Source: Synergistales bacterium
GTDB taxonomy: Bacteria; Synergistota; Synergistia; Synergistales; JAFGMB01
Direction: 5' to 3'
Assembly: GCA_963666205.1 (NCBI GenBank)
Contig: OY762654.1
Coordinates: 32,001-96,000 of the forward strand
DNA length: 64,000 nt
The notes below the pieces were generated by a model, which made no database searches, was not told the DNA's origin, and saw only the letters and a list, made by a program, of their open reading frames with translations. Each line of letters starts with the position of its first letter. Position 1 is the first letter of the stretch. Below, in pieces: positions 21,192 through 31,054 of this stretch. Both the position numbers and the translations under genes were made by a program.

Positions 21192-22112
21192 ATGTCTTCA
21201 ACTGAGTCTCTGGCAAGATTCTTTGGTCCAGAGATACAAGAGGAAGTGCCCCTTGGTCCGTTAACTACTATAGGTGTTGGTGGTAAGGCTGAGTTTTATT
21301 TTGAACCTTACCGGATCGAAGATCTTGTTTTTGTGAAACAACTGGAGTGCAAGTCTGGTTTACCTCTCCATATAATTGGGGGAGGGAGTAACCTGATCAT
21401 AGATGATAAGGGTTTGAAGGGGATAGTGGTATCCACAGTATTACTCAAGGGAATCGAGATAAGCAGACAGGGTGTTCAGATTCAGATAATAGCTGATACA
21501 GGTGTTCAGTTGAAGCGACTTGTCAGTCTTTCTCTGGAAGAAGGTTTTACGGGAATAGAATTTGCGGTGGGGATCCCTGGTACACTTGGAGGTGCAGTTT
21601 TTGGTAATGCAGGGGTAAGAGATAATGCCATATCGGACCTCGTATCATGGGTTGAAACGATAAATCATGAAGGTGTAGTTACGAGACGGAACCGTGACCA
21701 GATTGATTGGCGTTATCGATATTCTGCGTTATCGCAAGAGAGATGTTGTATATCCAGATGCTGTCTTAATCTTACCGCTTCTTCAAGACAGGATGTGTGG
21801 GATCTTTCCAGGAAGTTCTGGAAAAAAAGAGTACATCAGCCATACGGGTTCAAAAGTGCGGGATGTATGTTTAAAAATCCAGATGGAGATAGTGCAGGTC
21901 GCCTTTTAGAGGTTGCCAGGTGTAAAGGTCTCAGAAAAGGGGATGCGCAGGTATCTCACTTTCATGCGAACTTTATTGTAAATCTTGGGAATGCAACTTT
22001 CTTGGACATATTAGGGCTCATTCAGGAATGTCGACGGAGAGTAAAGGATTCCTTTGGCATCGATCTAAGTCTCGAGGTAGATATACTAAGTGATGCAGAA
22101 CTTCAGATCTAG
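21192..22112 (+). CDS. murB: UDP-N-acetylenolpyruvoylglucosamine reductase
   Basis: VGGKA, GGGSN, GIPGTLGGA..NAG, SAGCMFKNP, HANFI. Confidence 0.95.
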   Translation: MSSTESLARFFGPEIQEEVPLGPLTTIGVGGKAEFYFEPYRIEDLVFVKQLECKSGLPLHIIGGGSNLIIDDKGLKGIVVSTVLLKGIEISRQGVQIQIIADTGVQLKRLVSLSLEEGFTGIEFAVGIPGTLGGAVFGNAGVRDNAISDLVSWVETINHEGVVTRRNRDQIDWRYRYSALSQERCCISRCCLNLTASSRQDVWDLSRKFWKKRVHQPYGFKSAGCMFKNPDGDSAGRLLEVARCKGLRKGDAQVSHFHANFIVNLGNATFLDILGLIQECRRRVKDSFGIDLSLEVDILSDAELQI

Positions 22113-22905
22113 AAGATGGCAAAATTTAGTTGTTCTCATTTCCTTTGTCCTGGGAGGACTGTTTTTTCTTGAGAAGAATTTCCATTTTCTGCGGACAAGG
22201 GAGATAGCAATACAGCCTCAAGAACATTTTACGGAGGAAATATTCTGGAATAGTCTGGACTCTGAAAAGATTCGTTACTGGCCATTATTATTTTTAGAAA
22301 AAAATAAAATAACGCATGAGATAGAGAAAATAATTCCAGTTCAAGTGGATCTTAACCTTTCGGGTTTTGGTAGATTCAGATTGGGGATTTACCCTTTAAA
22401 ACCTTTATATGTCATAGAATGGAAGGAAATTTTATGGTATGTTGACAGAATGGGTAAGACTTGGAAAGTATCCAGAGAAGTGAATAACCTAATTGATGGA
22501 ATATCGAAACCTGATGGGCCAGTATTTGAGGTAGGTGAAGGATTTCCCATTCCCCTGCCTGTTGGTGTTCTTGAAAACAGTGAAGATCTGATTTACCAGA
22601 GTCATTTGCCCCTGGACCTTATCAGAAGATGGAATGAAGATGTTGTAGGGTTGCCATGGTTCCCCATTCTGGAAAGGCTTGTAATGGAGAAAAGAGCAGG
22701 CGAATATTATCTGGTTCTGCAACTCAAGTCTCAGAAAGGCCGTATTGATTTATTGTTAAGAGCGGAATCTGAAAAATGGACGGAAATTACGGAAGCCCTC
22801 GGTAAAATAATGCCAGGGTTCCCCCAGCATTATTGTAATATTTACATTGATGCTACTTATAAGGATAAAATAGTGGTTAAGGATGTGGATTCTTGGATCA
22901 ACTAG
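22090..22905 (+). CDS. Divergent FtsQ/DivIB-like membrane protein
   Basis: Single N-terminal TM, position between murB and ftsA, C-terminal YIDATY resembling the FtsQ D-x-R strand. Mainly a positional call. Confidence 0.6.
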   Translation: MMQNFRSRRWQNLVVLISFVLGGLFFLEKNFHFLRTREIAIQPQEHFTEEIFWNSLDSEKIRYWPLLFLEKNKITHEIEKIIPVQVDLNLSGFGRFRLGIYPLKPLYVIEWKEILWYVDRMGKTWKVSREVNNLIDGISKPDGPVFEVGEGFPIPLPVGVLENSEDLIYQSHLPLDLIRRWNEDVVGLPWFPILERLVMEKRAGEYYLVLQLKSQKGRIDLLLRAESEKWTEITEALGKIMPGFPQHYCNIYIDATYKDKIVVKDVDSWIN

Positions 22906-22947
22906 ATACATAGTCAAGAAGATTTTGACATGAAGGGAGCGAGAGTT

Positions 22948-24264
22948 ATGGTTTACAGGGAACCAGAAATTCTCGTAGGGCTCGATCTGGGCACTACAAA
23001 AGTTGCTGTAGTGGTGGCCGAACGAGATGAAAACATGAGGGAACCTCAGATTATAGGTATTGGACAAGCACCTTCCCGGGGAATCAGGAAAGGTCTGATT
23101 ATTAACCTTGAGCAGGCAGTCCAATCAGTAAAGGCTGCACTATCTGATGCAGAAAATATGGTTGGATTCGATGTTTCTGCGGCTACTGTTGCTTTTTCGG
23201 GTATCGATTCAACCAGTGTTACCTCAAAGGGAATGATATCCCTCGGCAGGACCCCACGCCAGGTCACAATACAGGATGTTGAAAGGGTGATTGAGGCTGC
23301 CCAGAGTGAACTGGCAGTTCCCTCAAATAGATGTACCCTTCATACCATTCCTGTAAAATATTCTATCGACGGAAATTCTGGTATAGATGATCCTTTGGGA
23401 ATGACTGGCATAAGACTGGAAATCGAACTCCAGTCTGTCATAGTCCCTTCTTCAGTTATACAAAACGTCATCAACTGTGTAGAGAGGGCTGGGATAAACG
23501 TTCAGGGACTTGTAATCAAATCTCTTGCCAGTGCAATGGGATCTTTAACAACTGAAGAAACCATGGCTGGCGCCATAGCCTTGTCAATAGGAGGAGGTAC
23601 AACATCAATTGCTCTTTATGTTGATGGCAGACCAGTCCGACTTTCTGTGATCCCCATAGGAGGAGATCATATCACGAATGACCTGGCGTATGTGCTGAAA
23701 ATTCCCATCAGTAAAGCTGAAGAGCTGAAACAGAAATTAACCCTTGATCCTAACGATATTGAGGTTGAAACTCTGGAACTAGATGTAAGAGGGAAAAAGA
23801 GAGAGGTCAATGTCTATGAAGCTATCGATGTTGTAAGGTATAGGATCGAAGAGTTGTTTACAGAGCATATTTCCCAACAGTTGTCAGATTTCAGTGTTCA
23901 TATGTTTCCTGCAGGTCTTGTTCTTTCGGGTGGAGTTGCCAAGATGAGATCTATTGACCCGTTTGTATCCGAACTGCTTGGTTTCCCGATAAGGATCGCT
24001 GATCCCCTTGATACTTATCAGATGCCGCCTGGAAGAAATGATTGTCAGTACGCATCTGTGGCGGGGATAATAAGATATATGACAAACAGGGAAAGAAATC
24101 CATACCGTTATATTGAGACTCCAATAAGTAAACTGCGAATGGGTCCTTCGCAAATCAAAGGTAATGTAAATAAAGTCAGGAAAAAGGAATCTCGTACAAA
24201 TCGAAATGAATCTATCAGAAACTTTGTTTCTGCGATTAAAAAATCTATCAAGGAACTTTTTTAG
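22948..24264 (+). CDS. ftsA: Cell division protein FtsA
   Basis: GLDLGTTKV, SRGIRKG, IGGGTT, GGDHITNDL, LSGGVA; C-terminal amphipathic helix (AIKKSIKELF). Confidence 0.96.
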   Translation: MVYREPEILVGLDLGTTKVAVVVAERDENMREPQIIGIGQAPSRGIRKGLIINLEQAVQSVKAALSDAENMVGFDVSAATVAFSGIDSTSVTSKGMISLGRTPRQVTIQDVERVIEAAQSELAVPSNRCTLHTIPVKYSIDGNSGIDDPLGMTGIRLEIELQSVIVPSSVIQNVINCVERAGINVQGLVIKSLASAMGSLTTEETMAGAIALSIGGGTTSIALYVDGRPVRLSVIPIGGDHITNDLAYVLKIPISKAEELKQKLTLDPNDIEVETLELDVRGKKREVNVYEAIDVVRYRIEELFTEHISQQLSDFSVHMFPAGLVLSGGVAKMRSIDPFVSELLGFPIRIADPLDTYQMPPGRNDCQYASVAGIIRYMTNRERNPYRYIETPISKLRMGPSQIKGNVNKVRKKESRTNRNESIRNFVSAIKKSIKELF

Positions 24265-24300
24265 TTTAACCATTTTTCAGGATATTGGGGAGGAATAGGG

Positions 24301-25455
24301 ATGGAGAAGATGTTCAAAGTTGTCGAGCACTCCAGAGCCCATCATGAAAATATCAAAGTGATCGGCGTAGGTGGCGGTGGTGGTAATGCCCTCAATCATA
24401 TAATCCGAAGTGGCGTTACTGGTGTGGATTTTATCGCTGCCAATACAGATATGGCTTCTCTTGGACTTTCGGAGGCGGCAACGAAACTCATACTTGGAAG
24501 AGAACTGACCAAAGGTTTAGGGGCTGGAGCTGATCCCGAAATAGGATATAACTCGGCGAAAGAATCTTTTGATGATATACGCGAGATAGCTTCTGGATGC
24601 GATATGGTTTTCATGACAGCTGGCATGGGAGGGGGAACTGGTACTGGTGCTACTCCCGTAATTGCAGAAATAGCAAAAGAAACAGGGGCTCTGGTTGTTG
24701 CAGTTGTAACCCATCCTTTTGCCTTTGAGGGTCGAAAAAGGTACAAACAGGCTATTGAAGGAACTGCAAGCCTGAAAGATAAAGTAGATGCTCTTATTGT
24801 TATTGAAAACGATAAACTACTTGAGATCTCAGATAGGAATACGGGTCTTACAGATGCTTTTCAACTGGCAGATGAGGTTCTTCGCCAGGCAGTCCAGGGA
24901 GTTACTGATCTAATACTTTGTCCTGGCCTTGTAAATGTTGATTTCGCCGATGTACGAACAGTTATGAGAAATGCTGGAGCCGCCATAATGGGGATAGGAG
25001 AAGCTCAAGGAGAAAATAGGGCAGCCCTGGCAGCACAGGCAGCTATCAACAGTCCATTGATGTCTACTCCAATGGATGGAGCAAAGGGAGTCCTATTTAA
25101 TGTTACAGGTGGAAGTGACGTCGGTATTTATGAGATTCAAGAAGCTGCAAGAGTCATTAATGAAGCTGCCGATGAGGATGCCACAATTATATGGGGTCAC
25201 ACCATAGATTCAGATATGGCTGATCGAATCAAGATAACCGTTATCGCTACCGGATTCTCTTCCCAAATGAAAAGTGTGTCGAGATCAAAACTTCCTGGTA
25301 GCACAACTGCTCAGGCAAAACTTAGAGGTAGAGTAGAGCTGGAAGAATCTGAAGTCGTATACAATACAGAGGAGGAAGATCTTTTCAAGCTTAATGGTGT
25401 ACCTACGAATAAATATGATATTCCTACCTATATCAGAAAAGGTGGCAAAAAATAA
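24301..25455 (+). CDS. ftsZ: Cell division protein FtsZ
   Basis: GVGGGGGNA, GMGGGTGTG, NVDFAD, C-terminal peptide DIPTYIR. Confidence 0.98.
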   Translation: MEKMFKVVEHSRAHHENIKVIGVGGGGGNALNHIIRSGVTGVDFIAANTDMASLGLSEAATKLILGRELTKGLGAGADPEIGYNSAKESFDDIREIASGCDMVFMTAGMGGGTGTGATPVIAEIAKETGALVVAVVTHPFAFEGRKRYKQAIEGTASLKDKVDALIVIENDKLLEISDRNTGLTDAFQLADEVLRQAVQGVTDLILCPGLVNVDFADVRTVMRNAGAAIMGIGEAQGENRAALAAQAAINSPLMSTPMDGAKGVLFNVTGGSDVGIYEIQEAARVINEAADEDATIIWGHTIDSDMADRIKITVIATGFSSQMKSVSRSKLPGSTTAQAKLRGRVELEESEVVYNTEEEDLFKLNGVPTNKYDIPTYIRKGGKK

Positions 25456-25560
25456 GCTGCATTAACCCTTGAGTTCTTTGTTCAACCAATGGCATATATG
25501 ATATATTCACGACAGATGTTACTTGAGATAAGTAGACACTTTCAGTTGTTTAGAGTTAAC

Positions 25561-25601
25561 AAAAGGGCAGCGATCAACAGTTCCTGATCTCTGCCTTTTT
25601 T
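25561..25601 (+). terminator. Terminator-like hairpin downstream of ftsZ
   Basis: AAAAGGGCAGCGATCA...TGATCTCTGCCTTTTTT. Confidence 0.7.
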
Positions 25602-25654
25602 GAATAGGAGAGAATCTTTCCCATATTCTCTTCTGCTGGAACGGAGGAATTACA

Positions 25655-26353
25655 ATGATCGCAAGAAAGAATAGAAGACATAGAGATCCGAGTCCCATGT
25701 TTCCCTTTGGAGATATAATGCTTCCTGTTATTGGAATAGTTGCCTTGGGATTACTGGTCGTAGGTATAAAGATGTTCTTCCTTCCCGCTAATTCTGAAAA
25801 CGAGTATACCCCAGTCCCTGTTCCTCAGGTCATAGAAAAGCAGGAAAAGAAACAACTGCCAGCTAAACCTGCTGTTCTATCAACAGTTTCAGAAGGAAAA
25901 GCCGCATCATCCAAAAATGAAAAAAAGACAGAACTTATAGCTGTACCTGTTGGTTCAGCGGGACAGACTCAAAAACCTTCTATGTCGGTATTGCCTAAAC
26001 AGAACCCAAATATAGACAAGGTAGAAGCAAGTGCTAACACGGAAACAGATCACAAAGTAATTAAGACCAGTAATGATCAAGTAAAAGGAAGTTCTTCCGT
26101 GAGCGATGTTTCAAAGTTTTCCTGGAATGTACAGATTGGATCATTTGTAGAAAGGAAATCTGCACAAAGTGAGGCTCAAAGAGCAGAAAATGCAGGTTTC
26201 AAAGCAAGCATTATCACCGCATCAGTGAATGGCAAGTCCTATCACAGAGTTTTTGTCCCAGCTGGGAAAGAAAGATCAGATGCGGTGATACTTGAGAAAA
26301 AACTTAAACAGAAAGGTTTCCCTACTTTCATTACACAATATGCTAATCAGTGA
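25655..26353 (+). CDS. SPOR-domain membrane protein (FtsN/DedD-like architecture)
   Basis: Basic N-terminus, one TM, Pro/Ser/Lys-rich linker, C-terminal WNVQIGSF...YHRVFV...LKQKGF SPOR pattern. Confidence 0.85.
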   Translation: MIARKNRRHRDPSPMFPFGDIMLPVIGIVALGLLVVGIKMFFLPANSENEYTPVPVPQVIEKQEKKQLPAKPAVLSTVSEGKAASSKNEKKTELIAVPVGSAGQTQKPSMSVLPKQNPNIDKVEASANTETDHKVIKTSNDQVKGSSSVSDVSKFSWNVQIGSFVERKSAQSEAQRAENAGFKASIITASVNGKSYHRVFVPAGKERSDAVILEKKLKQKGFPTFITQYANQ

Positions 26354-26427
26354 ACAGACATATCCATATCTGAATCAGTATCTCTTGATTCAATTTACTT
26401 TAACGACAATTCAATCCAACGGGGAGA

Positions 26428-27672
26428 GTGAGCAGTGTGTCAGGCCTTGTTAAAGAACTTCTTTCCAGGGATGAATCTCTGGATTTTGTTTCTCATGTCC
26501 TAAGTTTTCCCTGGAAAACCAGAAACTATGAAGTAGCTCTTGAAAGTGCTAATCGCATGCTCCTTGCTGAAGATATTTCTGCAAATACCCCCTATCCTCC
26601 ATATGATAGAAGTTTGAGAGACGGTTATGCTGTGAACAGCACCGATGTATCTGGTGCCTCTTCTTCCTTTCCAGTTTATTTAAATCTTGATGGGAAAATC
26701 TCTATGGGAGAAATTCCTTCAGCAGATCTGCGTCCAGGAAGTGCTATGGAAATATATACTGGAGGGATCTTGCCTGAAGGGGCTGACTCTGTCGTAATGG
26801 TTGAAGATACAGAACTCTCCGAAAAGTGGCTGGAGGTAAGGAGTTCAGTTCAGAATGGAGATAATATTTTAAAAATGGGAGAAGAAGTCAAGAAAAACCA
26901 GCACCTTCTCAAAGGAGGAAGTCTGATTGATTTTTGCAGTATTGGTGTTCTGGCAACCTTTGGTTTCAGAAGAATTAAAGTTATTGATCTGAAGGTGGGA
27001 ATAATAAGTACCGGTGATGAAGTTGTCCCGGTAGATAAATCACCATTACCTCCTGGGTGCATAAGAGATGTGAATAGTTGGACTCTGTGTTCTTTGTTGA
27101 AAGACCATGGATTCAATGTGAAAACTTATGGAATAATACCAGATAAGAAGAATTTACTGGGTTCCTGTATTTCACAGGCATATTCAGAGAATGATGTTGT
27201 CCTGATCAGTGGAGGTTCGTCTGTAAGTGTAAGGGATTTCTGTTCAGAACTTATTGAAGATATACCAGAACCCGGTCTTATTGTAAGGGGAATCCAGATA
27301 CGCCCAGGGAAACCTACCTTAATAGGAGGGAGTTATGAAGATAAAAAACTTGTAATAGGTTTACCTGGCCATCCATTATCGTGTTCAGTTGTAGCATATA
27401 CAATTATATTACCTTTACTTTTCAGACTGATCTCCTCTAGAGCCATGGTCCCATGGAAATCCCTTTTCCTACCCCTGATTTCAGATGTTCATGGAAAGAC
27501 TGGTCTTGAAGAATTTATCCCATGTCACCTGGATGATTCTGGTCGAGTCATACCTAAGATGGCAAAATCAGGTTACATTAGCGCAATGTATGAATCTTCC
27601 GGGCTCATTCGACTTTCCGAGTCTGTAGAAACGGTTAGAAAGGGAGAGGAAGTTGAGGTCTTATTATGGTAG
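26428..27672 (+). CDS. moeA: Molybdopterin molybdotransferase MoeA (copy 1)
   Basis: SLRDGYA, IYTGG, STGDE, SGGSS, RPGKP, GLPGHP. Confidence 0.93.
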   Translation: MSSVSGLVKELLSRDESLDFVSHVLSFPWKTRNYEVALESANRMLLAEDISANTPYPPYDRSLRDGYAVNSTDVSGASSSFPVYLNLDGKISMGEIPSADLRPGSAMEIYTGGILPEGADSVVMVEDTELSEKWLEVRSSVQNGDNILKMGEEVKKNQHLLKGGSLIDFCSIGVLATFGFRRIKVIDLKVGIISTGDEVVPVDKSPLPPGCIRDVNSWTLCSLLKDHGFNVKTYGIIPDKKNLLGSCISQAYSENDVVLISGGSSVSVRDFCSELIEDIPEPGLIVRGIQIRPGKPTLIGGSYEDKKLVIGLPGHPLSCSVVAYTIILPLLFRLISSRAMVPWKSLFLPLISDVHGKTGLEEFIPCHLDDSGRVIPKMAKSGYISAMYESSGLIRLSESVETVRKGEEVEVLLW

Positions 27673-29597
27673 TTCACGCTGAAAACGAACATATATCGCT
27701 GGAAAAGGCATGGGATATACTCCGCAAATACTTCTTACCTTTATATCGTCCAAAGAGTGAAGTTATGTCTTTAGAAAATGTCAACCAGCTAATTGGAAAA
27801 AGGTTAACAAAAGATGTTGTTGCTGAAAGAAATGTTCCTCACTTTAATGCATCAGCGGTGGATGGATTTGCCATCAGGTCTTCATCTTCCGTTTATGCTT
27901 CTTCCGCGACTCCGGTTATTCTTGAGAAAATGGATTTTCACTGGGTTAATACAGGTCTAGCTGTGGATCATCGATTTGACAGTGTTCTGATGGTTGAAGA
28001 TTCTTCCACAGATGCCAATACAGGGAATCTTACTATTTTTAAAAGTCTTTCAGCAGGAGAAAACGTCAGACCAGTGGGTGAAGATGTCACCAGGGGACAG
28101 GTTATTGGTAGAGCAGGAGACATAATTAATCCATCTTTTCTTTCCTTGTGCATAGCTTCTGGTATTTATGAACTAGAGATCTTTTCTCTTCCTGAAACTA
28201 TCTATATCCCAACAGGTGATGAGATCGTATCTGCGCGGGAATGGATTTCTACTGATTTTCCTGAAGCGGGACGAGTTGCAGAAAGTAATTCAACTTTACT
28301 GAAGGGATATTTTCATGAGTGGGGAATTCCTTTACATGTTCACGAAATCCTTCCTGACGACCCGGATATTATTCGAAAAGCTATAAAACAGGCAGTAGCA
28401 AAGTATGACCTTGTCCTTATTGGTGCAGGATCGGCAAAAGGCAAAAAAGATCATATTGCCTCGATTATTTCTGAAGAAGGACGTCTGCTTTTCCATTGGT
28501 TACTAATGAAACCCGGACGTCCAGCCATGGGAGGAATCATCGAAAATACGCCGGTCATCGATCTCCCTGGATTTCCAATGTCTACAGCTGTAGTCTTATG
28601 GTCCATTGTATATCCCCTTTTACAACTGATTACTAAGGGCGATTATGATAATTCTGTGATATCCAAAGCACTTTCTTCAAAACAGTCCTGCGAAATGACC
28701 CTTCTTTCGTCCCATTCTTCTCCTCCGGGAATTTCTGAATGGCTTAGATTCAAAGCTGTAGACCTGCATGAGGAAAAGAGGATTATCCCTTTGAACTCAG
28801 GGTCCAGCACACTTTGGTCTCTGGCTGAAATGGACGGATTATGTCTCCTCCCCGCTAAAACCCTGGAATGTCCCAAGGGAACGAAAGTTTCGGTTTGGGT
28901 GACAAAAGATATTCCATGGAATAAAAGAGTTCTTTATCAAGGTTCAAATGATCCTGCTCTTGATCGAATTGTAACTTATGTGCGTAAATACAGAGGAGAC
29001 ATTGTCCTTCGTTCTGTTGGAAGTATGGGGGGCCTTGCCGCTTTGAGCAGGAATGAATGTCACCTTGCTGCAGCACATCTACTTGATCCAGTGACAGGAG
29101 TATATAATGAATCATTTATTCGGGACTTCTGCGGCAATGAGATATGGGAAAGATTCCTTATTTACAAACGGGTCCAGGGAATAATTGTTGGGAGAGGAAA
29201 TCCTAAATCAATCAATACTGTCTCTGATCTGGCGAGGTCCGATGTCCGGATCATCAACAGGCAACCCGGTGCAGGTACAAGGGTCCTTCTGGATATGCTC
29301 TTGCAACAATCAGGTATACCATCTACTTCCGTTTCTGGTTATGAAACCCACTCTGTTTCACATTATGATGCTGCGAACCGGATAGTTGCTGGTGTAGCAG
29401 ATGCCGCTATTGGCATAAAAGCTGCATCCGACGCAATGGGTCTGGGTTTTATTCCGATAACCGAGGAGCCCTTCGAGATCATTATTCCTTTGAAGTATAT
29501 GGACCATCCTGGTATTAAAGCGTTCCTCGATGCATTGCAGGATAATGAATGGAAAAAGAATGTAGAAGACTTGGGGGGATACATTTGGTCAGCCTGA
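27666..29597 (+). CDS. MoeA (copy 2) fused to a C-terminal periplasmic-binding-protein-like domain
   Basis: SAVDGFA, PTGDE, KPGRP, LPGFP, then GSND, VGSMGGL, HLL, INRQPGAGTRVLLD. Confidence 0.92.
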   Translation: MVVHAENEHISLEKAWDILRKYFLPLYRPKSEVMSLENVNQLIGKRLTKDVVAERNVPHFNASAVDGFAIRSSSSVYASSATPVILEKMDFHWVNTGLAVDHRFDSVLMVEDSSTDANTGNLTIFKSLSAGENVRPVGEDVTRGQVIGRAGDIINPSFLSLCIASGIYELEIFSLPETIYIPTGDEIVSAREWISTDFPEAGRVAESNSTLLKGYFHEWGIPLHVHEILPDDPDIIRKAIKQAVAKYDLVLIGAGSAKGKKDHIASIISEEGRLLFHWLLMKPGRPAMGGIIENTPVIDLPGFPMSTAVVLWSIVYPLLQLITKGDYDNSVISKALSSKQSCEMTLLSSHSSPPGISEWLRFKAVDLHEEKRIIPLNSGSSTLWSLAEMDGLCLLPAKTLECPKGTKVSVWVTKDIPWNKRVLYQGSNDPALDRIVTYVRKYRGDIVLRSVGSMGGLAALSRNECHLAAAHLLDPVTGVYNESFIRDFCGNEIWERFLIYKRVQGIIVGRGNPKSINTVSDLARSDVRIINRQPGAGTRVLLDMLLQQSGIPSTSVSGYETHSVSHYDAANRIVAGVADAAIGIKAASDAMGLGFIPITEEPFEIIIPLKYMDHPGIKAFLDALQDNEWKKNVEDLGGYIWSA

Positions 29598-30562
29598 TCG
29601 ACCAGTATGGTAGAATCCTCAACTATGTGAGGATTTCCATAACAGATCGCTGTAATTACAGATGCAGGTATTGTATGCCTGAAAAAGGGATTACCTGGTT
29701 CCCACATGAAAAGATGTTACGTTATGAAGATATCATTTTCCTTGTATCTGTTCTTAAGGAAATGGGTGTTACCAAGATCCGTTTCACCGGTGGAGAACCC
29801 TTTGTCAGAAAGGGATTTCTTTCTTTCCTAAGGGATTTTCAGAATTCATTTCCTGAAATTGAAATTGCTCTTACCACTAATGGATCTCTCCTTTCTTCTT
29901 TTGCCGAGGAAATATCAGATATCAGGCTGTCAGGTCTTAATATCAGTCTTGATACCCTTGACCCTGCTAAATTTAAACATATAACAAGAGTCGGAAACCT
30001 GGAAGATGTCCTTGAAGGAATAAAGAGCGTAGCTTCACTTAAGAAGATACCCTTAAAGATCAACTCGGTTCTTATAAGGAACTTCAATGATGATGAGATT
30101 GTCCCGCTTCTTCAATTCGCTGAAGAAAACGGAGCTATGCTCCGACTTATCGAGTTCATGCCCCTTGATGATATCTGGGATAAAGACTCTTTTATTTCAT
30201 CTGATGAGATATTACAGTCGTTGCCCCTAGGAAAATGGAAGGACATATCAGATAATAGTCCGACCAGTTGTGTGTCCGGACCTGCAAAGTATTACCGTAA
30301 CCTCAAATGGGGATATATTCTGGGTATTATCGCGGCTGTTTCACATCATTTTTGTGATTCCTGTAATCGTTTGCGCGTTACAGCCCTTGGAGAAATGAAA
30401 CCATGCCTTTTCAGTGATGAATCTGTCGAACTTGGAACAGCTATCCGTATTAAAGACAAGGACTGCCTGAAAGAGTTAATCCTGAAAGCTGTATCTATCA
30501 AACCTTCGGGTTGGAAAATGATCGATAGAAGTGATTCTAGAATGTCTCGAATCGGAGGATAA
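29585..30562 (+). CDS. moaA: GTP 3',8-cyclase (radical SAM)
   Basis: RISITDRCNYRCRYC, TGGEP, FCDSCNRLR, C-terminal MSRIGG. TTG 29585 follows a G-rich RBS. Confidence 0.96.
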   Translation: MVSLIDQYGRILNYVRISITDRCNYRCRYCMPEKGITWFPHEKMLRYEDIIFLVSVLKEMGVTKIRFTGGEPFVRKGFLSFLRDFQNSFPEIEIALTTNGSLLSSFAEEISDIRLSGLNISLDTLDPAKFKHITRVGNLEDVLEGIKSVASLKKIPLKINSVLIRNFNDDEIVPLLQFAEENGAMLRLIEFMPLDDIWDKDSFISSDEILQSLPLGKWKDISDNSPTSCVSGPAKYYRNLKWGYILGIIAAVSHHFCDSCNRLRVTALGEMKPCLFSDESVELGTAIRIKDKDCLKELILKAVSIKPSGWKMIDRSDSRMSRIGG

Positions 30563-30565
30563 ATA

Positions 30566-31054
30566 ATGGAAAATCTTACACATCTTGATAACGGGGGCCA
30601 TCCAATGATGGTTGATGTAGGTTCAAAGGATATAACTTCCAGGGAGGCAGAGGCAGTCTGTTATGTTATCCTGCCACCCAGTGTATTGGAGATCATATTA
30701 TCCGGGACAATAGCCAAGGGAGATGTATTAAAGTTTGCTGAACTTGCTGGTATATCAGGATGTAAAAAGACCTCTGATCTTATCCCTCTATGTCATAACA
30801 TCAGAATTGACAGTTCGACTGTAAGATGTACCCTGGAACCCGAAATGAGCCGTATTGAAGTTAAATGCATTGTGAAGGCATCAGAGGTAACAGGTGTGGA
30901 AATGGAATCCCTTACCGGGGCAATGGTCGCGGCTCTTACTATATATGATATGTGCAAGGCCCTTGACAAAGGCATCACCATTACAAATCTTAGGTTGCTT
31001 AGAAAAACAGGTGGAAAAAGTGGATCTTATATGGCAAAGGGTGATGTGGAATGA
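30566..31054 (+). CDS. moaC: Cyclic pyranopterin monophosphate synthase
   Basis: LTHL, MVDV, KGDV, LIPLCH, TGVEME, IYDMCK, KTGGKSG. Confidence 0.96.
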   Translation: MENLTHLDNGGHPMMVDVGSKDITSREAEAVCYVILPPSVLEIILSGTIAKGDVLKFAELAGISGCKKTSDLIPLCHNIRIDSSTVRCTLEPEMSRIEVKCIVKASEVTGVEMESLTGAMVAALTIYDMCKALDKGITITNLRLLRKTGGKSGSYMAKGDVE

